From an uncultured Planctomycetia bacterium (lineage in GTDB: Bacteria; Omnitrophota; Gorgyraeia; CAYVEO01): 59,211 nt of DNA. The position numbers were made by a program, and so were the translations under genes. The notes beneath the pieces are model-generated. The model had not been told where the DNA came from, ran no database searches, and worked only from the letters and a program-made list of their open reading frames with translations. Below, piece after piece: positions 57,465 to 59,211 of this stretch (its first letter is position 1; each line of letters begins with the position of its first letter). Location of the stretch: assembly GCA_964449965.1 (NCBI GenBank), contig CAYVEO010000004.1, forward strand, positions 213-59,423, given 5' to 3'.

Positions 57465-58315
57465 TGCTGAAAATATTTTTGGAACTGACAAAATTAAGGA
57501 TTGCATCACTTGCCTTTCTTTCTACTGCTTTAGGATTTATACTTTCAACTGACAGGTTGTCAGCAGGGATAATTTTCCCTGTCTCAGGCATTTTTTTGCT
57601 TGCATGCGGCAGCTCCGGATTAAATCAATTTCAGGAAAAATGGATAGATGCATTAATGGATAGGACAAAACAGAGACCAATACCTTCTAAAAAAATTAAG
57701 CCTCTACGGGCGCTATTTATCTCTATATTCTTAATCCTTGCAGGTTCCTTAACTCTTCTATTCGGTGTCAATCTCACTGCTTTGAGTTTAGGCCTGATTG
57801 CTCTCCTTTTGTATAACGGGGTATATACGTATCTTAAAAGAGTAACCGCGGTTGCAGTCATACCAGGTGCATTAATTGGCACTATACCTCCTATTGTTGG
57901 CTGGGTAGCAGGCGGTGGAAGGATTTTTGAGCGGCAAATATTAGCGATTGCATTATTCTTTTTTGTATGGCAGGTCCCGCATTTCTGGCTGATTCTCTTG
58001 AATTACGGGAAGGAGTATGAAAAGGCAGGTCTCCCTTCCTTAACAAGGGTGTTTGACACATCGCAGCTAAAGAGGATTGCATTCATCTGGATGTTAGCAG
58101 CGGCAGTAATCTGCCTTATGTTGATGCTGTTTGGCATCGTAAATTCTGACATTATTAATATTTGTTTGATTCTTGCAGGGTTATGGCTCGCGCACAATGC
58201 GATAAGACTTTTAAGGACGCCAAATAACGAACTTTATTCCGTATTCGCTTTTAAAGGGATAAATCTCTATGCTCTTACAGTTATCCTGCTGTTATTTATA
58301 GACAGGTTGATATAG
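57464..58315 (+). CDS. ctaB: Protoheme IX farnesyltransferase (heme o synthase)
   Basis: LNQFQE..ID.LMDRT..RPIP, YTYLKR, WQVPHF. Confidence 0.92.
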   Translation: MLKIFLELTKLRIASLAFLSTALGFILSTDRLSAGIIFPVSGIFLLACGSSGLNQFQEKWIDALMDRTKQRPIPSKKIKPLRALFISIFLILAGSLTLLFGVNLTALSLGLIALLLYNGVYTYLKRVTAVAVIPGALIGTIPPIVGWVAGGGRIFERQILAIALFFFVWQVPHFWLILLNYGKEYEKAGLPSLTRVFDTSQLKRIAFIWMLAAAVICLMLMLFGIVNSDIINICLILAGLWLAHNAIRLLRTPNNELYSVFAFKGINLYALTVILLLFIDRLI

Positions 58316-58362
58316 GTAACAGTGTGATATAATCAGTAAAAAACCCGAAAACCTGAAAAACA

Positions 58363-58391
58363 TTGATTTCTTATCTATAATGTGGTATACT
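58363..58391 (+). promoter_or_regulatory. sigma70 promoter, probably giving a leaderless smpB transcript
   Basis: TTGATT-N17-TATACT with an extended TG; ATG lies 7 nt downstream with no SD. Confidence 0.7.
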
Positions 58392-58398
58392 TTAATTG

Positions 58399-58848
58399 AT
58401 GGCAGAGAAGATTATTGCTACTAACAGGGAGGCGCGGCGGGATTATATAATTCTGGAAAGTTGTGAGACAGGGATAGAACTTAAAGGGACAGAAGTCAAA
58501 TCCTTAAGGGAAAGCAGGGCTAGTCTAAAGGACAGTTTTGCAAGATGTGAGGGGCAGGAAATTCATCTCTACAATATGCACATAAACCCCTATAGCCATG
58601 GCAATATATTCAATAAGGACCCGAGGAGGATGAGGAAGTTACTCTTACATAAGAGTGAGATAAGGAGATTGGTTGGAAAGGTCCAGGAGAAGGGGTTGAC
58701 CCTGATACCCCTGCGATTATATTTCAAACATGGACTGGCAAAGGTAGAGTTGGCTTTAGCCAAAGGCAAAAAATTCTATGATAAGAGGGAAGATATAAAA
58801 CTCAGGGACGCTAAGATGGACATTGAAAGGGCGTTGAAAACCAGATAA
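58399..58848 (+). CDS. smpB: SsrA-binding protein
   Basis: [35 protein letters not shown]. Confidence 0.97.
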   Translation: MAEKIIATNREARRDYIILESCETGIELKGTEVKSLRESRASLKDSFARCEGQEIHLYNMHINPYSHGNIFNKDPRRMRKLLLHKSEIRRLVGKVQEKGLTLIPLRLYFKHGLAKVELALAKGKKFYDKREDIKLRDAKMDIERALKTR

Positions 58849-58852
58849 GATT

Positions 58853-59210
58853 GGGGGCGAAAGGCATCGACCCGGGTAAGCCTGATGAGAGTGGCATGCT
58901 GAGGTTGTCAGGAGGCCTCGTAAAACACCTGGCAAAAATTAATTGCTGACGAACAGTTAGCATTAGCTGCTTAACGTAGCTACGTCTTTCAAACTTTACC
59001 TGCGGGATTGAAAAGACGCCGATAGCAGGAGTAGTCGGGTTTTCGTGTTAGCTTTTTGGGGGACCTGGCGAAGACTTTAAAAAGCGTAGCCGCTTATATA
59101 TCTCGCCTACTCAGAGATGTAAGCGGCGAAAAATAAAAGGTAGGATATGCATGTAGAGGCTTTCACTGGGATATCCGGGGACGCGGGTCCGATTCCCGCC
59201 GCCTCCACCA
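58853..59210 (+). ncRNA. ssrA: tmRNA; tag (A)ADEQLALAA at 58945-58974
   Basis: 5' GGGGGCG pairs with 3' CGCCTCC-ACCA (G3:U); T-arm GCGGG/CCCGC; tag ORF ends LAA-stop; directly follows smpB. Confidence 0.97.
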
Positions 59211-59211
59211 A

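Noticed and set aside
417-58197. All minus-strand ORFs and short alternative-frame plus-strand ORFs in the track
   Set aside because: They overlap well-supported + strand genes and show no recognisable motifs; treated as shadow ORFs
1-59211. CRISPR array, integron attC array, IS transposase, prophage, rRNA or tRNA genes
   Set aside because: No regularly spaced repeats, integrase, transposase or phage structural genes were seen; the only tRNA-like sequence belongs to tmRNA

Overview
AT-rich bacterial window in which every credible gene lies on the + strand. The lineage looks PVC-like or a related uncultured anaerobe; this is inferred from a DUF1559 pilin-like gene and a URO-D-family expansion. 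Blocks: (1) 1-11 kb, a secreted-protein locus with a DUF1559/H-X9-DG pseudopilin, a split clan GH-A glycoside hydrolase, small beta-sandwich proteins and a 5x CBM-like + DUF4855-like protein. (2) 11-34 kb, a catabolic array with five URO-D/MtaA-family paralogs, DegT, deacetylase, nitrilase, peptidases, Gfo/Idh/MocA enzymes, a GH63-like hydrolase, a sugar-binding protein and an atypical class II aldolase, with gene scars between them. (3) 34.5-41.1 kb, a sulfur-assimilation operon aprA-aprB-sat-PiT permease-tusA-cysM-JAMM-moeB behind an IscR/Rrf2-like box. (4) A pair of CydA-like membrane c-type cytochromes. (5) A toxin-antitoxin/defence islet (vapBC, orphan MNT, DUF3800 plus partner) containing an unannotated, self-promoted ~65-nt antisense structured RNA, which is the best candidate for a new system. 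(6) Alternative complex III with an ActD-ActF fusion, no actE and palindromic elements inserted in frame, followed by an A2-type cytochrome c oxidase operon. (7) smpB and tmRNA, where the window ends. All family calls come from motif recognition by eye; no database searches were run.
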